A stretch of 59,130 nucleotides of DNA, counting the filler, from Sphacelaria rigidula (taxonomy: Eukaryota): assembly GCA_964200075.2 (NCBI GenBank). It is 8 parts of 8 records of this genome, joined end to end, with 100 filler letters (N's around TTAATTAATTAA, not from the genome) between each part and the next. Parts side by side here need not be neighbours in the genome. Positions count along the whole stretch, not along the records: positions 44,425 to 51,727 come from CAXNAA020015533.1; positions 51,828 to 59,130 come from CAXNAA020015534.1; 6 more parts are not named here. The stretch is one strand, 5' to 3'. Made by a program: the position numbers and the translations under genes. Each line of letters starts with the position of its first letter. The stretch's first letter is position 1. Shown here one piece after another: positions 49,665-59,130 of the stretch. Under the pieces are notes generated by a model, which was not told where the DNA came from, did no database searches, and worked only from the letters and a program-made list of their open reading frames with translations.

Positions 49665-50116
49665 GTGCAGAGGGCACTCAGCAAGACTGGTGTACATCAA
49701 TGGCTGAGTTAGGATTTTAATATTGCCTATAAGCTGCACTTTATTGATGATGTTGCTCTTGCTTTGAAAGCTGTCAATATTGGGAGGCAGATTGGAGCTT
49801 GCTTGTTGTTGTCACCACTGGAAGCAGGATAAGTGGCCAAAATGGCTGAGCCACAATCTGTTTCAACGTCTTTTTAATTTATTTGTAGTGGGTATGAATG
49901 CGCCAACCAATCAATTAACCAAATCGCCAATGGCGTATGTATTAACTGCGCAAGGTGGTGAGTCGAGTTGACTTCTCCAAACCATTGAGCTTCGCCGTGT
50001 CACAAATGATTTTCTTGCCAATTCGTGCTGGCTCCCGTCACGATGTTCTTAAAGATATTGAACCAGTTGGGTCCTTATCGGCTCATCACGCGCGATGATT
50101 ATGCGGATATCTGCAG

Positions 50117-51024
50117 GACGCGTGGCACCGGGGGAGACGAGAGCCCTCGATGCGGAAGTCGCGGTTCGTGCGGCACTTAAAGAGGCTTCTGACGCCAAGC
50201 GATGGGCGCTTGCAAACGCAGTCGGGCTGGAATCATTACCAACACCTCTACTGCCGCCCCCACCACCCCCGCCCCCGCCTCCACCCCCGCCAAAACCAAA
50301 TAGTAGCTCCGCCGATATATCTCCCATTTTACTATCTCCGGTACCCGGCAACTCAAATGCCTGTAGCGGATGTGAAACAGCAGAGCCAACATCATTGAAA
50401 GAGAGGCCTCCACTTTTCCGTGGTGTGGGTGATAGTATCTCCCAAGTTCCGAAGCCCTCCACCGGAACGTACGTTGAAGGTGTCGGAGACGCATTGGATT
50501 CCCAAGATTTCACACACGCTGCAGGAATGGTAAAGACCGACCAACAGTGTGATTCTCCTCGGCTCTCTCCCGGTGACACGGATGACACTGCTGTCGATGA
50601 GCCTGAGCGGAGACTGGAAGACTGTACCCCCCAAGCTCCGACGAAGGCATTGCCTCTGCCACCACGACCGCCGCCACCGTCTAACGTGGCAATGGAGGAT
50701 GACTCCACAGTGGATTTGGTCGAGGGTAGCGGTGCTGTTGCCTCTGCTTCAAACCATCTGAAGGCAAACGAGGGTATCGCCAGCGGTACAGGACAAATCA
50801 TGGTGGCTGCACTCGGGAATGAGTTACAGGAGCGCAAGACTTCGGCCTTATCTGGAGGGGAGAACGCACTTGCTGCTGTAGCTCCTCCAACGGATTCAAT
50901 GGAAGGCGCTGCCTCTGGGGACTGTCGGGGCAATAGCGATGGTGGACACAGAAACGAGGATGTGCGAACGGTGTCTTCTTATTCTTGCGGAATGGTGCTC
51001 GAGGGGGGTTACGAGCTGCAAAAC
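50117..51024 (+). CDS. Ankyrin-repeat protein, exon 4: poly-proline and disordered region
   Basis: Phase-1 CTGCAG acceptor continues the frame into ORF 50095-51090. Probable GTGAGT donor at 51025; the 3' boundary is uncertain. Confidence 0.75.
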
Positions 51025-51487
51025 GTGAGTGATTCCGTTGTGTGTTGGGTCGTCGGAGAGCACAATTCGCAGCTCGCTTTGCCTTGTTAGAAGCGTGCCC
51101 CTTGAATACAGTAGTAGCTTTGGCAGTGCTGAAGTTGGTAAGTCGTAGGCTCCAACAACGAAGCTTCTACAGCAACATGGAAATGCTGGCCTGGTATGCT
51201 GCATGCGCCAGTACCGTTTCTTGTATCTCGTCCTCACGTGTCGTCGGTGTGGGGGCTTTCTGCGAGAAGAATCAAAAGAAGGGCCTATGCTGTACCACAA
51301 GCATGGCAGGTGAAGGAGCACAAGAGGGCCATCTTATATTCCAGATGTTTCAACAGCGGATCAGCAAAGCAAACGTTTCGTGTAACCGAGCTGGTGGACC
51401 AATAAAAAGCTACAGACGCCATCTTCACCTACGCGATGCGTTGGGTGACACTTTCTACGATACCCCCCCCCCCAAAAAAAAAACAGC

Positions 51488-51673
51488 CTTGGCGTAGAGA
51501 TCTCAAAAAACTGTTGTTAGGATGCACACATAAACAAAGTAATAGAAAAGGGTAAGACACAGATAGGCAGAATGGACGTGATCCTCAGAGACGCGCACCC
51601 AGACACTAGGATCGAGAGATGTGTCCTGATGAACGTGATCGTCCCAAAGCTGGAATATGCAGGAGACGTATGG
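51488..51673 (+). mobile_element. Decayed LINE reverse-transcriptase C-terminal fragment
   Basis: LGVEISKNCC*DAHINKVIEKGKTQIGRMDVILRDAHPDTRIERCVLMNVIVPKLEYAGDVW matches the non-LTR RT pattern (Y)LGV...W..H...P.LEYA..VW, with one stop. Confidence 0.85.
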
Positions 51674-51727
51674 GGTGGGGGGGGGGGGACTCATTTGTTG
51701 CTTGCCTTAGTCGTTTGACCATTGATC
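51674..51727 (+). repeat. Family B element at the contig end
   Basis: G-run-ACTCATTTGTTGCTTGCCTTAGTCGTTTGACCATTGA. Confidence 0.85.
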
Positions 51728-51827
51728 NNNNNNNNNNNNNNNNNNNNNNNNNNNNNNNNNNNNNNNNNNNNTTAATTAATTAANNNNNNNNNNNNNNNNN
51801 NNNNNNNNNNNNNNNNNNNNNNNNNNN
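51728..51827. other. Artificial contig spacer
   Basis: N44-TTAATTAATTAA-N44. Confidence 0.99.
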
Positions 51828-51900
51828 TCATGTGTTGCTTGCCTTAGTCGTTTGACCATTGACCACGCATACCTTTCGAGACGGAGCACGGGGCGGGGGC
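51828..51900 (+). repeat. Family B element at the contig start
   Basis: Matches about 7594-7656. Confidence 0.85.
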
Positions 51901-52878
51901 GGAGGAACTTGAACACTGCAATCAGCAATAAATCTCGTGAACGCCTCGTTACAAAGTATGCTTCACGCTCGTGAGTTCGAAATATTCTATATATTTACTA
52001 TACTATATATCTACGCCAAGGTATATATCCTGGTCTACGATCGGCAATTCCTCTTCTTCCCACTTATATTTGAACATTCTCGGGTTCTTCCTAGCTTCGT
52101 TACATACACATACAAGTAGAACAAGTAGAGGGGGGGGGGGGGGGGGGGGCTCTTTGGCTCGGGGGTGCGCCGCTCGATGACCAAACCATTATGTGCGATT
52201 TAACTGGGTATTAAGTGCGCTACGCGTAACCATTCAACTGGTTCACGGTTAGACAAACCATTTTACAGCTCCAATAGCTGGTCGATAATACCCGCCACAC
52301 AAAAAAAGTGGGGGCACACTGAAAATTTGTGCTGGAGTTGTTCGACGAAGAGCAAGTGGTGCGCGATATCTGCCGAAGAAAACGCTGGAGGCGCGCCGAG
52401 CAAAAGTGCTCGTGGTCGTGCATCTTTTGGCTCCCCCCGAATAACGGAAAACACAGTGCCGTCATGAAATATGGGATCATCCCCAGTCACGCGAGATTCC
52501 GAACGATAACGCATCTCACCCGATGTGGAGAGCACGTTCTAGAGCCCAACCTTTTAGATCATCAAACGGGGAGGGGAGTGCTAAAGGGGGGAGAGGGTTT
52601 TCCTGACGTTGCTGGGGTCCCATATTTCCGGTCCCCTAGACAGCGCCCACGAGGATCATTTCTCACGACCAATCACTTGCAAGCTGCCCCGTCCCCACCA
52701 AAAATTCACTTTCCATAGGTGTCACCACCAACCTGCGTGTGCTCACACACTACATGTACAAACTCAGACTCGACAGCTAGACCACCGACACAGCACCGGC
52801 GGGAGCCAGTCTTCCATTGGGGTACACTTTGCTCATTTACAACGATCAAGGTATCACAACATCAACAACAGCCCTCAC

Positions 52879-53617
52879 CTTTTCGGGGACGCTCCCACAC
52901 CCCCTCCGCCTCCAAACATTCCACCTCCGCCAACCCCACTCTCCACTCCCGCGGACAATCTTCCCTCGCTGCTACCACCACCTCCGGCCGCAGTCCCCGC
53001 GCCAGCACCCCTCGCTACATCACCATCGCTCCCAAACATGCCCGCTCTTCCAATGCCGTCGGCATCATCGATACCAGCGAATAATCCCTTTTTGCCCCGC
53101 TCAATTGCTGCTGCGGCACTGGATGATGCTGCCGGCTGGTCGTCCGTCATGTCTCCGAATATGCTACCGCTGCCCTGAGCAGCAGGGGCATCACCAATCC
53201 CGGCGAACAAGCTTCCGCTGCTGTAACCATCTCCACCTCCGCCTCTCATTTCAGCGGCAGCAGCAGGCATTTTCGACGTTCCACCCGCGTTTTCGGCCGC
53301 GCGGCGTACACCGGCATCGACATCGATACCCGCGAATAACTCCTCCCGGTTATCCGTGCCACGACGGCCTCCAAGCGCTGGTGCTTTAGACGCTGTCTTC
53401 GGCTTGACGTCAGGCTCATCCCCGAACATGTCTCCTCGATCACTCACAAGTCCATCATCATCTATTCCCGAGAATAAACTGCCGCGCTTTTCTTTCTCAC
53501 TGTCCACTCCAGAAAACAAGCTGGTACTGGTTGATTCCGTGAACGTGCCGGGCTGCGTTGCTGTCTCGGGGTCACGACGAGACGCTTGGTCATCATCCAA
53601 TCTCGAGAGATGTCCAC
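52879..53617 (-). CDS. Large exon of a disordered Gly/Ala/Asp-rich protein with repeated LF/MF-acidic motifs
   Basis: Within ORF 52875-53744. Peptide-level repeats SLFSGVD, SLFSGIDDD, DMFGDE, ELFAGID, SLFAGIGD, SIFGD, GLFAGIDD, GMFGSD. TAG acceptor after a pyrimidine tract and GTGAGG donor. Confidence 0.75.
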
Positions 53618-53859
53618 CTAACGCATTGCCGAAAGAGAAATTCGTGCCAAAAATCGAACGCCAGGCCGAACATATACTCACACCTATGTATGCATGTATA
53701 TGTATATATATATATATATATATTTCTTCGTCACATACTTCCACGGTTTGGATGAATCAGTTCATACGGGTTAACTCCCCATGAGTGCTGAATGCACATC
53801 GTGTACCAATGAGTCATTCGTATCGAATGACGGATAGTAAAATTTTACGTTCAAGGTCA

Positions 53860-54300
53860 AACCGCACGAATCACGAACTGGGAATGTGTACACTCTAGGT
53901 ATTGCCACACGAATCAAGAGCGCAAAATATATACGAATCATAGTCCTCCATGAATCGAGACACATGCACTTGATTCATCTTGTATGAATAGAATATGGGG
54001 AATATGTACGAATTATTCATGCTGCACGGATAGAAGTTGGGAAACATTTACGCTTGATTCACGCTGTATAGATTAAGGGAGCAGAATTTCCACGTAGATT
54101 CATGTTACATGAGTGGAAAATGGGGAATATGTACGCTTGATCCACCTCGTATGAACGAAAGGTGGGCAGCCTGTACCTCTGAATAATGCTGCACGAATGC
54201 AAGGTGGAAAACATGCGCATGAACCACGTGATTCATGCTGCTGCATTAACCAAGGAGATAAACACAGTATGCACTCATTATTCATGCCATATGAATAAAA
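53860..54300. repeat. Degenerate tandem repeat cluster, unit about 38 bp
   Basis: GGGAA.ATGTACGCTTGATTCATGCTGCA-like units; the same family is at 55645-56065. Confidence 0.7.
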
Positions 54301-54747
54301 GGTTCACACTGCTGTTGTCTGCTCTTCGCTGTACATATTGCACACTACTGTGCTGCCCTGTCCTGTGCTGTGCTGTGCTGTGCTGTCCGCTGACCGCAGT
54401 GGGCGCTGCCGGAGTGTTTCCGAAAACTCACGCGAACGTGCGAGGACAACTCTCGAGGTATTGGTGCTGTCTGAAGCTGTCTGATGCTGTCTGAAGCTGT
54501 CTCCGTGCGATCTTGCACGTTGAGGTCAACTGTACCACAGAACAAAACATGACACTGCGAGAAGGCCTTCAGTAGCTCAGATCGGGAAAAACAAAAGCTA
54601 CAAGAATCGCTCTACGCGCGCAGATGCATCCTTGTCTATGCTGTACCGTACTGTCTGCGGACCGCAGTGTACACTGCCGAGGTTTTCCGGAAACGTTTCG
54701 TGTGGGGCGGATATCTATGGTTGATTTTTTTTTAAACAAACGAACAA

Positions 54748-54945
54748 TAACCCTAACCCTGAAACCCTGACCCCGACCCAAGGCGTACGAGGCCCTCGGG
54801 CAAGGGATGCAGAGGTTCCCCTAGCCAAAGTGTGCGTTGGTAGACCTGAAATCGACGCCGCAGGCGCCGATCTCGACAAAAGCACGTCCTGGACGAGCTG
54901 GGTCCACTGCTCGCCTGCCGTAAACCATAAGTGCTCTCAGAACTT
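54748..54945 (-). repeat. Copy of the telomeric-repeat-tailed element
   Basis: Aligns to 13391-13600. Confidence 0.88.
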
Positions 54946-55644
54946 TCTTTATTTTAAAAACAAGTAGGCATGCTGTAAACCGTAGACAAACACACGAAGA
55001 TGTATGTCTACTGACATGCGGAGACGGCTTATGCGGGTGCTGTCTTCTAATCAGGTGTTCGTATTGTTGTTGTCGTCTTCACATTAAAAACCGTTTCGAT
55101 ATCTGCGCGGTACATTTGTACTGGGCATCTGATACGGACGCCTTCCGCGGTCACAGGCTAGCTACCTCTAATAATGTGCGGGGAAGTCAAACAAAACCAA
55201 CAACAAAAAAAGAGACCTAGATTAAAACTCACAAAACGCGATACAAGCAAAACATGGATAAATAATAGAGAGAATACATATGGCTGACCTCAGAAGATCC
55301 GGTGCCGCAGGTGGCCATTCGTGTTCAATACAGTATGTTCAGGTCAACTGTAGCACGAAACACAGTACAAAAGCACAAATGAAACGACAATGGCTGTCAA
55401 CAGCACAGCTCAGGTGAATAATTGGCGAGAAGAACCGCTGTGGGCACGCAGACGCGCATCATAACATATTCAATGTATCGTGTTACGTGCGAGTACCATG
55501 TTTGATATTTGGCATTTGCGGACTTCGCTTTCGAAGAGTTCACGGCTTGTACGTTCTTAGTTGCCTACCCCGCCTGGAAAAAAAGCCACGCCACCGAAGA
55601 GTCGCGACCCATAAAATAACACGCGGGAAACAACATGTTCTCAT

Positions 55645-56065
55645 GATTCATGTCATATGAACAGAAGGTGGGGGAACATGTACGCATGCTTCATGCTGCA
55701 TGGAAAAAAAGTGATAAGTATGTACGTTCGATCCATGCTGCATGAATGGAAAAAGGGAAACCTGTACGCTTGGTTCACCTCGTATGAGCGAAAGGTGGGG
55801 AACATGTATGCATGATTTATGCTGCATGGACCGGAGGGGGGACACATGTACCTGTGATTAATGGCGTTTGAACGGAAGGTGGGAAACGTGCGCCCATGCT
55901 TCATGCGTGAATAAGAGGGGAGAAAGTTGCACTCAAAATTCACCATACGAAGGGGAGGTGGGAACATGTATCTATGGTTCATACCATACGAATAGGTGGT
56001 ATGAAAATGTGTAAAATCGTCGGTTCACCGCACGAATCACGAACTGGGGATGTGTACACTCCAAG
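55645..56065. repeat. Degenerate tandem repeat cluster, unit about 38 bp
   Basis: AAGGTGGG(G)AACATGTA units; shares ACCGCACGAATCACGAACTGGG with about 53861. Confidence 0.75.
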
Positions 56066-57455
56066 TACGAGCTGAGTCGACCGTAAAACTTACAAATGCG
56101 CAGCACACAACAGCTTGTTAACTTCCCCGATTCAGCCCGATTTAACAATATCCTTGTGAACTGCAGACGAACCAGGTAATGCACGGCGTCGCCGCTGGTC
56201 GGTTGGCGCAGTTTTGGCGATCACGTTTTTGTACTGCATTAAGTACCGGGTGCGTCTCATGCCGTGGCGTGAAAGCGGGCTCTGAGTATTTCTCTTTTCA
56301 GGGAAAGCGGCGGAAATATCTGTGAAACTTTGACACGCCCAGTATAGGGTGCACTGGGAATGCTGCCAGATGGCTTCAAGCCCATCAGGAGAGAGCTCCG
56401 TCATGGAAGAGGATCTCCGAGCCGATTGTCACACACCACGAGCACAGGCACGAGTGTCCGGCTGGGACTGGGCTACAACGCTTTTCCTTGATCTAATCCC
56501 CGATGTTGATCATTTTTCTCGTAGGTGGAAGAACAACAATCAGCCAGACTCTGGGGGGGAAAATGGTCGTGTCGGAGTAGGAACTCGTGACCTGTGAAAT
56601 TGTAGGCTCGTGTATCAGTTGGACCACCGGGGCGCAACGGTATCACATGTAAAGTTCCACCCTGGGCCTAATTTGAGACTTCATAGCGAAAATTCCGAAA
56701 GGATCCTCTGCGCACAAGTACAAAAATTCTTGACGGGGGATGGCGCAGCTTTTTTCTTCTTTACAGAATAATGACAGTTTCCAGTTATACTGAAATTTCG
56801 AATTGCTAACTTTCTGTTCGTTTCTTATTTTTCTTCGCATCCCCTGAGATATTGCGCGTGTTGATGATCAAAATATGTCAACATTTCAGCGCCAACCTCC
56901 TCAAATTGAGCACCAGCGTCACCCCATTACCGACAAAAAACACGATGAGCTGACCCTGCTCGCAGTATCGCACGAATCACGAACCCAAACCATGCACGAA
57001 TCACAACTTGTGCATGAATCGTATGATTGATCCATACAAATGTCGAATATGAGTCGAATCACGATTTCATTCGTCAGAACCATGCACACTTTCAAGGCCT
57101 CCCATTCCTCAGGAGGAGTCCGCCGTCCCGAAAGATCCACTAACCCCTCCATCTCTCTTCCGATTCACGCCTAACATGTTCGTATCGCAGAATGGATCAC
57201 GGCCGAACACTCCCGTACTGCATCGAATCTCGTCGAAGTAAACTCAAACAGACGATTGTTTGGTCACTCACGTACGTACGTCCTCGCGCTTTCAACGCCG
57301 GGAAGCAGAAACTTCGAGGAAAATCCAAACCGCATCTGACGGCAATCGACCCCGTGTCTTTTCAACCCGAACGATTATAGTTGAGCATTTAGCCCACAGC
57401 GGTGCCGCGGCTCGCCAAGAAAAAACAAGTAAATATATGTAAGTGCGGTCGCAGT

Positions 57456-57622
57456 CAGGGTTATAAATAGGGCCTGCGGGCCCGCAGATATTTTTGTGAA
57501 ATTACGCTCAGCTCAGGTCCGCGGAGCGGCAATCTGCGGCTTGCCACAGACAAAAATGTTGGGCCGCACTTTTCTCGCCGCAGGCGAAAATCAATTTCTG
57601 CGGCCCTCTATTTGTAACCCTG
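57456..57622. mobile_element. hAT-like MITE, 167 bp
   Basis: CAGGGTTATAAATAG ... CTATTTGTAACCCTG; perfect 8-bp TSD GTCGCAGT. Confidence 0.92.
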
Positions 57623-57717
57623 GTCGCAGTGTACGAGCCGCAATCTTTTCCCACCGCCTTTTGTTTTCTACGACGGGGTATGAGAGTGGTTCTGCGCAAA
57701 ACCTTTTCAACCGAAGC

Positions 57718-59031
57718 CTTTGGGTGTCATCTAATACCTGTGACGCGTGTTCTGGCCACCGAAAGTCGCTCAAACTTGCTCTTTATTACGGGGTGTTGAT
57801 CCCGAACCAAAGCCTTTTCAAGATCATGGAAAACTTCAAGCAGCAGGATAATTTGAGGCGGGGTATTTTCTCCCCGTGTTTCTCTTTGTCGCGTTTTCGT
57901 TCATTTGGGATCACGAGCACACCGGTCATGCCGTCATTGTCAAGAGAACATGAGAGCAGTGAAGTTTCGAAAAAATAGGCGTTGCCTTGGCCTTCCGTCA
58001 GCAGCAGAAACAAGACCCTGCAATGAGCCGTTGGCGAGTTGAACAAGGCACACACGTTGGCAGACGTCCCCACGGTGGGTCACATGTGTAGGACCAGCGC
58101 AGGGGGATGCCGAAATCCCTGTGATCATGCAACCCGTAACAGAGAATTCCCTCACAGGATGCACCTGTGAAGTACAGGCGCAGGGATGTCCTTGTGACAG
58201 GGATGACAGGTTTGACCTTCTGACAGTGATGACAGGGATGTCACAGGGACATCCCTACGCAGGTACTTCACAGGGACATCACTGCGCCGGTACTTTACAG
58301 CTTGATACCTGTGAGTCAGCCCGCTGCTTCGGTAGGCATATACACAGCAGTGCAAGTGTGAAGTAACTGTGCAGGGATGTCCCTGGGGGCACTCAACAAG
58401 TATAGTCGCACACACAAAGAATGCAGTAGTTGGGATCAATACATCTGTGCAGTCTAACTAGTACACAGTACAGGGTGTGGTCCCATATCTATACGGTATA
58501 CTGTAGACTGCAGACAGTATATTGCCTTCCCATGCAGCGGGCTCATATTGCAGGAGTCCAGATATTACAATTGAAAATGCGGATATATACTAAAATAGGT
58601 GACTCGCGGCCCGAGGTATGCATTCGAAGTCGGGACCTGTGTAATTGGAGGCTCCTTCATCAGTTGTGTTTGTTTGTCCACGTCTGTTTATGTTCGTGAA
58701 GAGCAATATATACCTGTTCGATCGTTGCGGACAAAGCGATGACTCGCGCGCTTTTTTTCTCCTTTTTGAACCAATGTATATTATGTACACGTACCATTCC
58801 ACATTTTCGATCACTTTCGCCGGGTTTTCTCTGGCGGCGGCAACGCATTTTTTCCAACGCTTCCTTTTGCAGCGCACTGAGAAGGCACAGCGGTACATTA
58901 CCGTTCAGGTTTGGGCGTCATCTGATACCTGTGGCGCGTGTTATGGCCACAGAAAGTCGCTCAGACTGGCCCTTTTCCGCGGGATGTCGATCCCGAACCA
59001 CTGAAGTCTCTCTAAGATCATGGAAAACTTG
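57718..59031 (+). repeat. Pair of direct repeats of about 120 bp (about 57718-57836 and 58910-59030)
   Basis: TTTGGG.GTCATCT.ATACCTGTG.CGCGTGTT.TGGCCAC.GAAAGTCGCTCA ... AAGATCATGGAAAACTT occurs twice. Confidence 0.85.
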
Positions 59032-59130
59032 ACAATATATGGTGAACGATATATTTTCGACTTGCGTCACCCCCGGGAGGCCCGTACCAACCTCCCGGAG
59101 GGGAACCTTGTATATATATATATATATATA

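Noticed and set aside
51674..51900. True overlap between contigs 7 and 8
   Set aside because: Both ends are copies of a multicopy repeat with sequence differences, and contig order reflects length only
50049..53784. Antisense ORFs 50049-50933, 52609-53178 and 53356-53784
   Set aside because: Shadows of GC-rich coding exons on the opposite strand

Overview
This window is not one locus. It is eight unrelated contigs of about 7.3 kb (1-7305, 7406-14709, 14810-22113, 22214-29517, 29618-36921, 37022-44324, 44425-51727, 51828-59130; lengths falling from 7305 to 7303). They are joined by artificial 100-bp spacers (44 N + TTAATTAATTAA + 44 N), so no adjacency across spacers is meaningful. The DNA is eukaryotic, intron-rich and repeat-rich. 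GT-AG introns packed with small transposons, a WSC-domain gene and TTAGGG repeats suggest a brown alga (Phaeophyceae); this is inference. Most ORF-track ORFs are spurious. Supportable spliced gene fragments are a membrane-anchored WSC-domain protein, a voltage-gated cation channel (S2-S5 exons), an ankyrin-repeat protein, and a disordered protein with repeated LF/MF-acidic motifs. The rest is a set of non-autonomous elements, several with target-site duplications readable in the sequence: a 1.5/2.5-kb tandem array with filled and empty sites of a TA-flanked TIR element, Sola-like MITEs (4-bp TSD), hAT-like MITEs (8-bp TSD), piggyBac-like MITEs (TTAA), tRNA-derived SINEs, LINE remnants, long foldbacks, and a dispersed element ending in telomeric repeats. 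I found no CRISPR array, rRNA or intact tRNA. I cannot demonstrate a new biological system; the best leads are listed under findings.
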